The notes under the pieces: model-generated
The model's database searches: none
Seen by the model: the letters and a program-made list of their open reading frames with translations, nothing else
Told to the model about the DNA's origin: nothing
NCBI GenBank assembly: GCA_038870975.1
Contig: JAVZJD010000002.1
Location: 384,001-448,000, forward strand
DNA length: 64,000 bases
Direction of reading: 5' to 3'
Source: Candidatus Bathyarchaeia archaeon
GTDB taxonomy: Archaea; Thermoproteota; CALKCG01; B24
Position numbers and translations under genes: made by a program
Shown here: piece after piece, positions 1 to 10,698 of the stretch
Numbering within the stretch: position 1 is the stretch's first letter
Layout of the letters: each line of letters starts with the position of its first letter

Positions 1-285
1 TCAATACCGCTATGCGACTCTCTAAGGATAAAAATTGCAGATGTTAAGATTGGTGTTTCCAAGGCTTGGGAGGAGTATTTAGCAAGCCCACTGGTGAGAG
101 AAGTGTTTACAACCGTGCCTGAAGCATGTAGAGGATGTAACTACAGTAGACTATGTAGGGGAGGTTGTAAAGCTAGAGCCTACGCAGTGGCAAATTCGTT
201 CAGTAGTCCAGACCCACTTTGCCCACTAATTCAGCCGAGCGTTCAAAGGATAACTGGCACCTCTTGGAGGCTAGAAAGACTCTAG
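1..285 (+). CDS. Radical SAM/SPASM-domain protein, C-terminal part (gene starts before window)
   Basis: Frame 1 open from base 1; SPASM-type Cys motif CRGCNYSRLCRGGCKARAY...DPLCP. Confidence 0.8.
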   Translation, partial: SIPLCDSLRIKIADVKIGVSKAWEEYLASPLVREVFTTVPEACRGCNYSRLCRGGCKARAYAVANSFSSPDPLCPLIQPSVQRITGTSWRLERL

Positions 286-1157
286 TATATGTATTCAAAA
301 GCCTCAATACGTGCTCTTTCCACTGCTTCATCCTGTTCTTCGACTGTGAGCACTCTAAACCTTTCAACAGCATCCAAAACCTTAGGCCAAAGTCTAATAT
401 CGCACGGCAGCGAGTAAGTCGCAACACCTTCCTGTGAAAGTGTAAACCAAACAGCAAGGTCTATCATCTCCTGTTCTTCTAAAGGCTCGTACCAAGTCCC
501 ATACTTATGCTCACCCTTCCAAGGCCTCTTAGCTATCGCCTTAATAGCTATAACACCTATACCCCTATCCCTAGCAACTTTTAAGACTTGCCTAAAGTCG
601 CTTCTAGGCGTAGGATTCACAAGGCTGAACAAGCCTACCGGTATCATTACCGTGTCGAAGTCGAAAAGCTCGATTGCTTTAAGTGCAACTCTAACATCGT
701 GCGTAGTTAAACCTATAAACCTTATGAGACCAACGTCTCTAGCTTCTTTAAAAGCCTCTATAGCACCATCCCTATCTAAAGCCCTGTTTAAGTCTTCGAA
801 GTCCGCAACAGCGTGCATCTGATAAAGGTCGAAGCTTTCAACGCTAAGCCTACTCATGCTGGCTTTAAGCTCATCCCAAGCCTCACGCCTACCCCGCTTC
901 TGAGTCTTCTCAGCTAAGAATAGCCTAGTCCTAAACTTTACAACCCAACTCCTAAGCCTAACCTCAGCTTCACCATAGGTAGGAGCAACATCCACAACGT
1001 TAACGCCACGGTTCAGAATGTACTCAACAGCCTTATCAGCAGTCCCCTGGTCAACCCAGCCAACACCACAACCACCAAGCGTTACCACGGAAGCCTTAAA
1101 ACCAGTCCCACCGAGAAACCTAAACTCCAAAACAAAACCTCCATGCAAACTATACAC
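282..1157 (-). CDS. Aldo/keto reductase family oxidoreductase
   Basis: LGGTG..S.VTLGG, DVAPTYGEAE, DLYQMH, IRFIGLTTH motifs; true start probably a few codons in (MEFRFLG). Confidence 0.9.
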   Translation of the reverse strand: MYSLHGGFVLEFRFLGGTGFKASVVTLGGCGVGWVDQGTADKAVEYILNRGVNVVDVAPTYGEAEVRLRSWVVKFRTRLFLAEKTQKRGRREAWDELKASMSRLSVESFDLYQMHAVADFEDLNRALDRDGAIEAFKEARDVGLIRFIGLTTHDVRVALKAIELFDFDTVMIPVGLFSLVNPTPRSDFRQVLKVARDRGIGVIAIKAIAKRPWKGEHKYGTWYEPLEEQEMIDLAVWFTLSQEGVATYSLPCDIRLWPKVLDAVERFRVLTVEEQDEAVERARIEAFEYIY

Positions 1158-1174
1158 TACATAAGTACATCATA

Positions 1175-2089
1175 TTAAAGGTTTTCTTGAAAGTCCATAT
1201 GTAGATGTCCATCTGTTGAGGGTTGGCTGAATAGACTCTTTCTCTCATTAATAATCTTTTTTCCTTCTACATATCCTTTCCATTTCATTATTCTTATAAG
1301 TGGGTAGTATACTAAAAGCGTGGGTTCCTTTTTCCAGAGCGTTAGACCTAAACCTATTGCTGGGCTAAACATTAACTTCACTGCTTGAAAAAACGGTTTA
1401 AGTTTTCTAATTTCATCTTCAACTAGGATTCCATCTTCGAGCAGTGTAGGAATTTCCTTGGAAAATTCATAGTAATGCCTTTTAGCATATTCAAAAATCG
1501 TCATAGGTTTTAAATGTTCTGAGATTACACTTGTGTCCGTTATCCATTTTAATCCAGCTTTTAAAATCCTAGATTTTAAAACGGCATCAACATGATACCG
1601 AACATTTCTAGGGAAGCCGCCAAGCCTCCTTATAATTTCAGTCCGATAGATATTATTATCTAAGCTATAAAGTTTCTCGCCGCCAAACCATTCTAAACCA
1701 AACTCCTCGAATTTTCTAAGTGTGGGATGGGTTGATAGCCTCCAACCCTGGGCAATGGCAACATTGGGTTGCTCAAGATATTTGAAAATTTTCTCAAACC
1801 AACAATCAGTGAGTAGTAAATCCTGTTCAAAAGAACAAAAAAACTCAGTTTTAACTTTACTAAAAGCAAGATTGGCTCCCTCGCCAATTCCACCTTTTTC
1901 GTTAATAAAAACCTTCCAACCAAAATCTTTAGCGATTTCTACCGAGTTATCAACTGAATGGTCATCGACAAAAATTTTATCACCAATAACTTCATGTGGG
2001 ATAACAGCATCAATCCTTTTCAGAGTTAAAGGTAAGTATTTTGCACCATTCTTGGCCCACATAACTAAGTCAAGTTTCATAAAAATCAA
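1175..2089 (-). CDS. Glycosyltransferase family 2
   Basis: FVDDHSVDNSVEIAK and GIGEGANLA GT-A motifs; EQD in the DxD position. Confidence 0.85.
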   Translation of the reverse strand: MIFMKLDLVMWAKNGAKYLPLTLKRIDAVIPHEVIGDKIFVDDHSVDNSVEIAKDFGWKVFINEKGGIGEGANLAFSKVKTEFFCSFEQDLLLTDCWFEKIFKYLEQPNVAIAQGWRLSTHPTLRKFEEFGLEWFGGEKLYSLDNNIYRTEIIRRLGGFPRNVRYHVDAVLKSRILKAGLKWITDTSVISEHLKPMTIFEYAKRHYYEFSKEIPTLLEDGILVEDEIRKLKPFFQAVKLMFSPAIGLGLTLWKKEPTLLVYYPLIRIMKWKGYVEGKKIINERKSLFSQPSTDGHLHMDFQENL

Positions 2090-2645
2090 CCCTATGAATA
2101 TTCACAAGTAGTATGATAACTATTAAAGATTTTTTGGCTCTTCTTAAGAAGATAGTGCTTTTTATATCTATCGACTGATCATTGGTTTCCGATTCGAATA
2201 TACTTTAGTTATGTGCTTGCTAATGCCGTTAAATTTAAGCCTTGCATCCATAGAAAGAACCGTTCGACTAACCTTACCTTTCTAGACGTATTCATAAGTC
2301 TGTTTTGTCAACTCATCTGCTTTGAAAAACTCTATAAATTTAACTATTAACTAGTCGAAAACCTAAAAGAAAAGTGCTAACGTCTTAATAAGAGCGAATT
2401 TCTAGTCTTCTACTTTATTGAAGAGCCTTGGGTATATCACTATGTATGCAAGACGCTGACGGCGCATTTCTAGTCACCGACCTCTTACATTTTATGGTTG
2501 GTCTTCCAAGCTTTTGCTTAAGCCTGTTACTGAGAGTAGATAATACATTAAGCATCCTTATACCCGGTAGACAGTAACACATATAATTATGATTTTCATT
2601 GTATTCTCAAAGAGTATTGGTCAATAAAAGTGAGGATTAAAAATT

Positions 2646-3590
2646 ATGTGTGAAAGTCATTCTAGACACATTTGTGCTATTATATGGACTTTTAACCCAG
2701 ATATTAAGCAGTTTACAAAGGTTTTAGAATCCGTCTGTAATCAGGTCGATCAAGTTATCGTAGTGGATAATAGATCGGACAATATCTTTGAGGTTCAAAG
2801 CACTTGTACTGCCTTTAACAAGGTAGTATTAATTAAGATTGGATTCAACTCAGGGGTTCATGCGCTAAATGTCGGTATGAAATATGCCGTCGAGACATTT
2901 AAGCCGAGTTTCATTTTACTACTCGATGATGATACCATAATATATCCTAATGCCATATTAACTGTGTTAAGTAAAGTGTTGGAGAAAAATAATCTATGCA
3001 AAGCTATTGGTATCATACAAATAACTTCTCAACATGTTCCACTTAATTGGAGAGGAAAGTGTATTATGTTTTGGAGTCGAGGTATATTCTCAGGTTCTCT
3101 GATAAGAGTAGAACTTATTAAAAGGGGATTGAAAGTGAGAGAAGAGTTCTTTTTAGACCAAGCTGATTATGATTTCTACAATCAAATAAGAAGGCTTGGC
3201 TTCATAACTGTGATGTATGGGGAGAAGCTTATGGACCATAAGATAGGTATGAAGGTAATGCTTCCATCTTTACGCAGACCATATAAACGCAGGATATGGA
3301 TATATGAGCCACCTTGGAGATATTACTATGTGGTTAGAAACTCGACAGTACTGCTCATGGAAGGGGGGCTCGATATAAAATCCTACGTAGAACAATTAAT
3401 CGCTTATATGGTACCATTGTTTTTTATGGATGGCATCTTAGGAACCCTTAAGGTGTTAGTACTAGGCATAGTTCATGGTCTACTTAGAAAACTGGGTATT
3501 CTTGATCTCAAGAATATAGGATTTTTACCGAACACTCATACCAATAGATTAAATCGACGGGCGCTTTTGAATATGGTCTATAACCTATGA
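2646..3590 (+). CDS. Glycosyltransferase family 2, rhamnosyltransferase-like
   Basis: TFNPD, VVDNRS, NSGVHALNVG, LLDDD, FFLDQADYD, RYYYVVRN; adjacent to dTDP-sugar genes. Confidence 0.85.
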   Translation: MCESHSRHICAIIWTFNPDIKQFTKVLESVCNQVDQVIVVDNRSDNIFEVQSTCTAFNKVVLIKIGFNSGVHALNVGMKYAVETFKPSFILLLDDDTIIYPNAILTVLSKVLEKNNLCKAIGIIQITSQHVPLNWRGKCIMFWSRGIFSGSLIRVELIKRGLKVREEFFLDQADYDFYNQIRRLGFITVMYGEKLMDHKIGMKVMLPSLRRPYKRRIWIYEPPWRYYYVVRNSTVLLMEGGLDIKSYVEQLIAYMVPLFFMDGILGTLKVLVLGIVHGLLRKLGILDLKNIGFLPNTHTNRLNRRALLNMVYNL

Positions 3591-3716
3591 GAGACTTTAC
3601 GAGAAGTTTTTACTATACGTCCTCTAAATGATTAGTAAATTCCTGTTACAGAGCAGATTTCTCCATAGCAATATGGTAAAAGGCAGTTAAATTCGTATTC
3701 AAGAAGCCTTATCTAG

Positions 3717-4706
3717 TTAAACTACTTCCTTGGCCTTTAGAGTTTTCCACCATGAGATTACTCTGGTTTCAGGTGCATCAGATATCACACCTTCTTCGAG
3801 AGCCTTGTATACTTCTCTGGATCCTTGAATTGGCGTATAGGATGCTATGAAATTAAGTCTTTTCCTTATCTTTGTGAAGTCTACATTGTAAGACCTTGTA
3901 TCTGGCTCTCCATACCACTCTATACCATAGGGTTTACCCACGCTATCCCCAACAAGCTTAGCTAAATCGTATATTCGATAGTTTTGATCATTTGAGCCTA
4001 CGTTAAAGACCTCTCCGTTCACCTCACTTTCATCGGCTTCTATTACGCTTATTATCGCCTTTGCTACATCTGCTACGTGAACTACAGGTCTTATCTGAGT
4101 CCCTGGATGCATTACCTTAATCACGCCAGTCTTATAGAGTGAAAGCGTCATTCCGTTTACGACTAAATCGAACCTCATCTTTTTGGATAGTCCGTAGACA
4201 GTAGCCAACCTTAGAATCGTCACGCAGAATTCTTTAGACGATAGGGGTTTTACTTCCTCCTCAACCATTAGCTTTGTTTTAGCGTAATTCTCTAAAGGAT
4301 TTGGCTGGGATTTTTCTGAGATTAAGCCCTCTTGGAAACCGTAAACGCTACAGGTCGATGTGAATATGTATTTTTTCACACCATGTTTCATGCTCAGGTT
4401 TGCTACTCTCACGGGGCCTTTATAGTTCATCTCATGGAAAAGTCGTTCCTCCAAGTAGCCTGAGGGGTCTGGCTGCGATATGGCCGCTAAGTCCACGACG
4501 GCATTTACGCCGTTGAGAATTTCTGAGTTGAAGGTTCTAGTGTCGTCTACGACTAGCTTAAAATTGCTCATGCCTATGTACGGTTTGATGCCAGCATCTC
4601 CGAATATGAGCCTGTCTAGGCATATTACGCTATATCCTTCATCTAGCAAACTTCCTATGAGGACGCTACCTATGTATCCAGCTCCACCAGTAACTAAGAC
4701 CTTCAA
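3717..4706 (-). CDS. NAD-dependent epimerase/dehydratase (extended SDR)
   Basis: TGGAGYIGS, TSTCSVYG, YAKTK, LRLATVYG, RFDLVVN. Confidence 0.9.
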   Translation of the reverse strand: MKVLVTGGAGYIGSVLIGSLLDEGYSVICLDRLIFGDAGIKPYIGMSNFKLVVDDTRTFNSEILNGVNAVVDLAAISQPDPSGYLEERLFHEMNYKGPVRVANLSMKHGVKKYIFTSTCSVYGFQEGLISEKSQPNPLENYAKTKLMVEEEVKPLSSKEFCVTILRLATVYGLSKKMRFDLVVNGMTLSLYKTGVIKVMHPGTQIRPVVHVADVAKAIISVIEADESEVNGEVFNVGSNDQNYRIYDLAKLVGDSVGKPYGIEWYGEPDTRSYNVDFTKIRKRLNFIASYTPIQGSREVYKALEEGVISDAPETRVISWWKTLKAKEVV

Positions 4707-5602
4707 GACTTCTTCGCCTCCAAGTATTCTCTCCTCAAAACGTTTAAAGCGTTATCAGTACTGTAGAAGTCTGTTTTTAGAATGCTCTTCGTGTATTCTG
4801 AGTTTAGGCTTGAGTCTCTAGGCCTCTTGGCAGTCCACTTCATGTCTTTCATTTCAGCTTTTTTGACTAGTTTTTCGTCTAATCCGAGCGTTCTAGCTAC
4901 TTTCAAGGCGAACTCATACCTGCTCATCCTCTCACCGGCTACGTGGAAAACGCCAGTCAGCTTTCTCTCAATAATTTCAGCTATAGCTTCTCCGAGCAAC
5001 CGTGCCTGTGTAGGCGTCGTATACTGGTCTATTAGGGCTTTGACTTCTTCACCCTTCTCAAGCCTTTCCACTAGAAACTTGGCGAAGTTCTTCCTCCCAG
5101 GACCAAAACCATAGATAGAGCTCGCTCTCACTATTGCGCAATCCACGTTAGAAGACCTGAAGGCTACTTCGCCCGCAAACTTCACTAAGCCATAGTAGTT
5201 GACCGGATTTGGAGGATCATATTCACAGTAACCACCCCTTTCACCGTCGAAGACATAGTCCGTAGATAAATATATTAGAAAGGACTGTATTTCAAAGGAC
5301 CATTTAGCCAACGCTATACTGGGCTCAACCGTGGTGCTCCAGGCCAAGCTTCTATCCCTTTCACATAAGTCTACGTCTCCAAGTGCAGCCATGTGAACTA
5401 CAACATCAAACTTCCCATTAAAAACAATCCTCTTGAAGCTCTCAAGATCACGTACGTCTAATCTTATCTTCTTAAGATTACCATGTTCGACTTGTATGGG
5501 GGTTTCATGGTAAACGGCTGAAACATCGTAACCCTTCTCTAAACACTTCTTAACGGTTCTAAACCCTGGAAGACTGCTAGCCCCTGTAATCAATATTTTC
5601 AA
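4703..5602 (-). CDS. rfbD: dTDP-4-dehydrorhamnose reductase (RmlD/RfbD family)
   Basis: STDYVFDG, PVNYYGLVK, DQYTTPT, AKRPRDSSL. Confidence 0.9.
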   Translation of the reverse strand: MKILITGASSLPGFRTVKKCLEKGYDVSAVYHETPIQVEHGNLKKIRLDVRDLESFKRIVFNGKFDVVVHMAALGDVDLCERDRSLAWSTTVEPSIALAKWSFEIQSFLIYLSTDYVFDGERGGYCEYDPPNPVNYYGLVKFAGEVAFRSSNVDCAIVRASSIYGFGPGRKNFAKFLVERLEKGEEVKALIDQYTTPTQARLLGEAIAEIIERKLTGVFHVAGERMSRYEFALKVARTLGLDEKLVKKAEMKDMKWTAKRPRDSSLNSEYTKSILKTDFYSTDNALNVLRREYLEAKKS

Positions 5603-5609
5603 GGCGGAA

Positions 5610-6158
5610 TCACCTGTGTGGAGGATAAAACCAGTCCCAAGGCTTATTACACCTCGGGTCGTCTCTCCTACCGTTTATTACGGATGGGACTATTGTCTGG
5701 TCGTTCCAGGGCCTTCTCTCTTCATCGGGATTCGCATAATCGTAAAGCCTGTTTACGAAGTATAAAAGCCATGCTGGCTCTGGACTTACGACTTTGAAGC
5801 CGTGCCAGTATTTCCCCGGGACTCTAAGTATTTGCATTCTATCATCGCTTAAAACGACCTCTACTAGGTGACTCTTTGTAAGCGAATCTTCTTCATCGCT
5901 GTACACGCATACTTTGATCGAGCCTTTCAAGACTAAGAAGTAATCTGTTTGACCTTTTACATGTCTATGCCAAGCTCTAACGACGCCTGGATAAGTTATC
6001 GAAAGGTTTGATTGGACTATTGAGTCTTCCCCTAGAAGGTCTTTCCAATCCATACGCATGACCTCAGTAAATACTCCACGCTCGTCTGGAAGCCTAGCTA
6101 GATCAGCTATTTTCACGCCTGGGAGGTGCAGCTCTTTAACAGATGTTAATAGAGGCAT
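5610..6158 (-). CDS. rfbC: dTDP-4-dehydrorhamnose 3,5-epimerase (RmlC/RfbC family)
   Basis: DERGVFTE, PGVVRAWHRH, VPGKYWHGF cupin motifs. Confidence 0.9.
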   Translation of the reverse strand: MPLLTSVKELHLPGVKIADLARLPDERGVFTEVMRMDWKDLLGEDSIVQSNLSITYPGVVRAWHRHVKGQTDYFLVLKGSIKVCVYSDEEDSLTKSHLVEVVLSDDRMQILRVPGKYWHGFKVVSPEPAWLLYFVNRLYDYANPDEERRPWNDQTIVPSVINGRRDDPRCNKPWDWFYPPHR

Positions 6159-6193
6159 ACTCTACTACCATATCAACTTACCTATGGGCTTAC

Positions 6194-7255
6194 TTATATT
6201 TCTACTTCAGAGTAGTCTCCTACGTTGAGTCTTACGATGCCGTGTCTCTTATTCTTCACGATTTTAGCATTTCTGCCTATTAGGCTCTCCTCAAGCTTAT
6301 CCACGTTTTCTATTAATGAATTCTCCAATATTACGGAGTGTTCTATAGAGCTACCCAGTATTTTTGAGCGGTTTCCTATGCTCGTATATGGTCCTATGAA
6401 AGAATCTTTGATTAGGCATCCATTACCGATTACAACTGGTCCTCTAATCGTGCTGTTCATGACTTTACTCTCTTCCCCTATTACTACTCTGCCGTCTACT
6501 CTGGAGTCTATAAGCTCTCCTCTAATATTCCTCTCAATACGCTCGTCCAGGATCAGCATGTTCGCGTAAAGTATATCGTCTTTCTTACCGGTATCTATCC
6601 ACCATCCATCTACAAAGCTATAGCCGATATTATAGCCTTTGTCGAGCATGGTCTGTAAAGCGTCCGTTATCTCGAGTTCACCTCTCCAGCTTGGCTTTAA
6701 ATCTTTAATGATATTGAACACTACGGGTTTAAACATGTAGACGCCTACTAATGCATATTTACTGGGTGGGATCTTGGGCTTTTCAATAAATCCTATGAGT
6801 TGTTTATGCTCATTGAACTTCGCAACACCGAACCTAGATGGGTCTTCGACTTCCTTAAAAAGGACATATGCATCATAATTCTCCCTGAGAAACTCCTCAA
6901 CATACTTTCTAATGCCATACTGTAGCAAGTTATCGCCTAAGTATACGACAAACGAATCGCTACACGTGAAATCTCTACATAAACCGACTGCGTGAGCTAT
7001 ACCGAGAGGCTTACCCTGATAAATGTAAGCGATCTTCACACCAAACCTAGAGCCATCGCCATAATATTCTTTAACGATCTCAGGACAAGTTTCACCTAGC
7101 ACTATCGCTATATCTTTAATACCTGAATCTCTGAGATCTTCTAAAACATACTGACTGATAGGCTTATTAGCAACAGGAATAAGCTGTTTAGGACCACTGA
7201 ACGTCAGAGGCCTAAGCCTTGTTCCAGCACCGCCGTGAAGGATAATGCCTTTCAC
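6194..7255 (-). CDS. rfbA: Glucose-1-phosphate thymidylyltransferase, long form
   Basis: GGAGTRLRPLT..PKQL, LGDN, KPSWRGELEITDA, C-terminal hexapeptide repeats. Confidence 0.93.
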   Translation of the reverse strand: MKGIILHGGAGTRLRPLTFSGPKQLIPVANKPISQYVLEDLRDSGIKDIAIVLGETCPEIVKEYYGDGSRFGVKIAYIYQGKPLGIAHAVGLCRDFTCSDSFVVYLGDNLLQYGIRKYVEEFLRENYDAYVLFKEVEDPSRFGVAKFNEHKQLIGFIEKPKIPPSKYALVGVYMFKPVVFNIIKDLKPSWRGELEITDALQTMLDKGYNIGYSFVDGWWIDTGKKDDILYANMLILDERIERNIRGELIDSRVDGRVVIGEESKVMNSTIRGPVVIGNGCLIKDSFIGPYTSIGNRSKILGSSIEHSVILENSLIENVDKLEESLIGRNAKIVKNKRHGIVRLNVGDYSEVEI

Positions 7256-7357
7256 AAGAACTATTGCTCACTTAACAATATTTAAGCCTGAAGAATATAG
7301 GTTTAAAGAACTGCCCACTCTATCTATAATTTCACATTTAGAACTAATAGTTGCAGC

Positions 7358-8125
7358 TTAGATTTTCGCCAGCCCGATGTCTTGTACGTATTTTTCTGCT
7401 TCTATTCTTGTTTCTGGTCTTCCTATGTCTCTCCAGAATATGGATTTGGGTATTCTGTATGCGAGTATGTTTAATCCGTCGTTTATCATGAGTTTTATGG
7501 TGTCTGTCACCCAGTATTCTCCTGCTGGAGATATGGGCGTCTTTTTTAGGTATTTGAATACTTCTGGGTTGAATATTAAGGGTCCTGAGTTTACAAGGTA
7601 TACGTCTCCTAGTTTGGCTTCTCTAGCCTCTGCTTCAGAGGGTTTCTCGAGTATATTTAAAACCCTAGCATCTTCATCTACTTTGACTATTCCGTATTCC
7701 CTGTAGGAGGTCATGGGGTATACGCCTACCGTGGCATGAGCTTTTACGCTTTCATGGAATTCAACCATGCTTTTGAAGAACTCCATGGGGTGGAAGAATG
7801 TGTCTCCGTATACAACCATGAAGTCTTCTGAGACCCAGTCTTCAGCCGTCTCCACGGCTTTAGCTGTTCCAGCCCCTCGGCTCATATCCTGGTATAGGTA
7901 GGCTATTTTCACACCTAGCCATCCTCCGTCGCGTAGATACTCCATTATCTGGCTTTTACGCTCACCTAGGACCACGTAGATCTTCTTTATGCCTGCTGAT
8001 GCTAACCCTCTAACCGCGTACTCTATGACGGGGTAGTATCCTATGAGGCACATTTCCTTATTGACGGCGTTAGAGTAGGGCTTCATACGTGTTCCTCTAC
8101 CAGCGGCGAGAATAACGGCTTCCAT
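7358..8125 (-). CDS. Sugar-phosphate nucleotidyltransferase
   Basis: LAAGRGTRMKP, YGD, EKP, WRDIG. Confidence 0.88.
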   Translation of the reverse strand: MEAVILAAGRGTRMKPYSNAVNKEMCLIGYYPVIEYAVRGLASAGIKKIYVVLGERKSQIMEYLRDGGWLGVKIAYLYQDMSRGAGTAKAVETAEDWVSEDFMVVYGDTFFHPMEFFKSMVEFHESVKAHATVGVYPMTSYREYGIVKVDEDARVLNILEKPSEAEAREAKLGDVYLVNSGPLIFNPEVFKYLKKTPISPAGEYWVTDTIKLMINDGLNILAYRIPKSIFWRDIGRPETRIEAEKYVQDIGLAKI

Positions 8126-8255
8126 CGAGTATCAATAGAAATTGATTGCAATTTCCTTAAAAATATTAATAGTTTTATAACTCGTAAATTGTCTATAGCA
8201 ATTTAACTTAAGCATATTTATAAGTGGATGTTGGAGTAGAAGCATTTAGGTTTAT

Positions 8256-8779
8256 ATGGGTTTAACATTTGAAATCCCTAAAAGTCTTCTAGAGGCGCTT
8301 CGTAAGCGTGGTCTCGACCCATCTAATACTGTAGTCGATGCGTTATTTAAAATGCTGAACTTAGACCCCGTAGAAGAAGTAGGGATACACGTAGAATTGG
8401 CTGAGAAGCTCCTTGAGGAGGGTAGAAGACTCGTAGAGGAAGACCCTATTCAAGCGTTTGAAAGACTTATAAGGCTGCTGAAGAAGCCGTTAAAACAGTA
8501 GCCATAGTGTTCAACTTCCATATGATTCTGGAGAGGATGAAGGCTAGGGATAGGTGGACTTTATCAGACTTAGATGAAGCCGCGAAACAAGCATCTAAAA
8601 GTATTGGTAAAGAATTCTACGTTGGCTGGGATAGAGCATACTACTTACACGTAGCTGGATTCCATGAGGCAAAATTGAACAGTGAAGCTGTTAAAGAGAG
8701 ACTGCCGGATATAGATAACATGGTTAGAGTAGTAGAGAAGCTTCTGGAAAAGTTTAGACAGAGCGGAGAAAGCTTATAG
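8256..8779 (+). pseudogene. PaREP1-family (HEPN-like) gene split by a -1 frameshift at ~8468
   Basis: ORF 8256-8501 reads DPIQAFERL; shifting one base gives YKAAEEAVK, in frame with ORF 8507-8779 (RWT...WDRAYYLHVAGFHE), restoring the PaREP1 signature. Confidence 0.85.
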
Positions 8780-8802
8780 TTGATAAACACTCTTAAATAG
8801 TA

Positions 8803-9348
8803 TTGATGAGCGAATTAAACTTTTTTGAAATAGTTAAAAGGCGTAGATCTATTAGAAGCTTCCAATCTAAGCCTGTTGAAGATGAAAAACTATTTAAGAT
8901 CCTTGAAACGGTTGATTTAGCTCCTTCAGCTGGAAACCTGCAGGCTTATGAAATAGTTATGGTTAGAGATGAAAACCGTAAGAGGGCGTTGGCTGAAGCC
9001 GCTTGGGGGCAGTGGTTTATAGCAGAGGCACCTGTTGTCTTCGTCGTATGTGCTAACAGACGTAGATCCGCCACCAGATACGGCTCTAGAGGTGAAAACC
9101 TATACTCGATAAACGATGCCAGTATAGCTGCAGCTTATCTTGAGCTTGCAGCTGCGGCTTTAGGTTTAGGGTCATGCTGGGTGGGGGCGTTTAGAGACGA
9201 CATGGTTTCAAAGGTTATAGAGGCGCCAAGCCATATAAGACCCATAGCGATAATACCGGTAGGCTATCCAGCTGAAGCGCCAAGCCGCCCGTACAGGAGG
9301 GGTTTTAAAGACTTTCTACACTTTGATAAGATTAGAGCTGGCGTTTAA
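8803..9348 (+). CDS. Nitroreductase family protein
   Basis: RRRSIRSF, APSAGNLQ, LGLGSCWVGAF, IPVGYP. Confidence 0.93.
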   Translation: MMSELNFFEIVKRRRSIRSFQSKPVEDEKLFKILETVDLAPSAGNLQAYEIVMVRDENRKRALAEAAWGQWFIAEAPVVFVVCANRRRSATRYGSRGENLYSINDASIAAAYLELAAAALGLGSCWVGAFRDDMVSKVIEAPSHIRPIAIIPVGYPAEAPSRPYRRGFKDFLHFDKIRAGV

Positions 9349-9350
9349 AG

Positions 9351-10232
9351 GTGGTCATCTTGACTTTCAAACTATCTGTTATATCGGATGAAGTCTCTCA
9401 AGATTTAAACGATTTAATTGTGTTCGCTAGAGAGTTTTCACTAGATGGATTGGAAATAAGGACTCTATTTAACAGGAAGCCTCAAGAGCTTGTAGATTTA
9501 GCGGGTTCTATTAGAACAAGTCTAAGGAGGGAGGGTTTAGAGGTTTCAGCCATAGCCTCACCGGTTTTCAAATCAAGCATAGATGATGAGGCGGAGTATA
9601 AGCAACATTTAAAGATTTTCGAGCGATGTGTAGAGCTTGCTAAAACCCTCGACACGAACATTATACGGGTTTTCACCTTCTGGAAAAGGGATAGCATTGA
9701 ACAGGTTGTAGATAGAATCGTTGAACTCTACCAGCCGCTTATAGACGCTGCTAAAAGCGAAGGAGTCATACTTGGAGTTGAAAACGAGCCCTCCACGTAT
9801 GCGAGTAATGGTTTAAGAGTTTCCAAGTTCCTCGGAAAAATCGGCTCAAAAACGGTTAAAGTCGTCTGGGATCCTGGGAACGATATATGGGATCCCGAGG
9901 GGGAGACTCCATACCCTGATGGGTATAACTACGTTAGAAATAGCGTAGTACATGTACACGTTAAAGACGGAGTTCGAAAGGGACCGGGTGGAAGCCACGA
10001 GTTCACTCCAGTGGGCGAGGGGGAGGTAAACTACAGGGAGCAGTTGAAGGCTTTAGCTTTCGACAAGTATAAGGGATACTTATCGCTTGAAACCCACTGG
10101 AGGCCTAAGGCTAAGCTAAGCGAGGCGAAGGTTTTAATGCCTGGGGGAGCTGAATATTCAAGATTAGGGTTTGAAGCTTCGAGAATATGTATGAGAAACC
10201 TTGTGAACATGCTTAGAGAGCTAGGGTTATGA
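9351..10232 (+). CDS. Sugar phosphate isomerase/epimerase (xylose-isomerase-like TIM barrel)
   Basis: ISDEVSQD, VENE, WDPGN, HVHVKD, LSLETH. Confidence 0.88.
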   Translation: MVILTFKLSVISDEVSQDLNDLIVFAREFSLDGLEIRTLFNRKPQELVDLAGSIRTSLRREGLEVSAIASPVFKSSIDDEAEYKQHLKIFERCVELAKTLDTNIIRVFTFWKRDSIEQVVDRIVELYQPLIDAAKSEGVILGVENEPSTYASNGLRVSKFLGKIGSKTVKVVWDPGNDIWDPEGETPYPDGYNYVRNSVVHVHVKDGVRKGPGGSHEFTPVGEGEVNYREQLKALAFDKYKGYLSLETHWRPKAKLSEAKVLMPGGAEYSRLGFEASRICMRNLVNMLRELGL

Positions 10233-10270
10233 CCTTCCCATCAGCTGTATGAAGCTAGCGTTAACTTTCA

Positions 10271-10600
10271 CTATTTAGGTTGATGGTCGACTTGGGGAAT
10301 ATAGGGAACAATATGAATAGGTCTTCCTTCATAGAGCGCTTGAGCAGCTTTACGTCTAGCTCTTTGAACAAGCCTCCATACGGTTCCTCTTGAAACCCCC
10401 ATCCTCTGTCCAGCTTCTTCTTGCGATAAACCCTCCAAGTCGACAAGCCGGAAGGCCTCAAGCTCTGCGAATTCTAAGAATACGGGCTCTAAGCTTCTCG
10501 GCTGGTTTGGTATAAAATTGTTTACGGATGGCGCTACTTCTAATGCTACGGGTTTTGGAAGCCTCCCCCTTCTACCGTATCTAAACCTATGTCGCCACAT
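10271..10600 (-). CDS. DUF134 family HTH DNA-binding protein
   Basis: ELEAFRLVDLEGLSQEEAGQRMGVSRGTVWRLVQRARRKAAQAL. Confidence 0.9.
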   Translation of the reverse strand: MWRHRFRYGRRGRLPKPVALEVAPSVNNFIPNQPRSLEPVFLEFAELEAFRLVDLEGLSQEEAGQRMGVSRGTVWRLVQRARRKAAQALYEGRPIHIVPYIPQVDHQPK

Positions 10601-10698
10601 GAGCCATCACAGGCCAATTGCCTTCAGGTTATGCTCGTTACTATTCTGTAGATAGAATAGTAATATTTATATATTTCTGTGAATTATCACATAATTGT

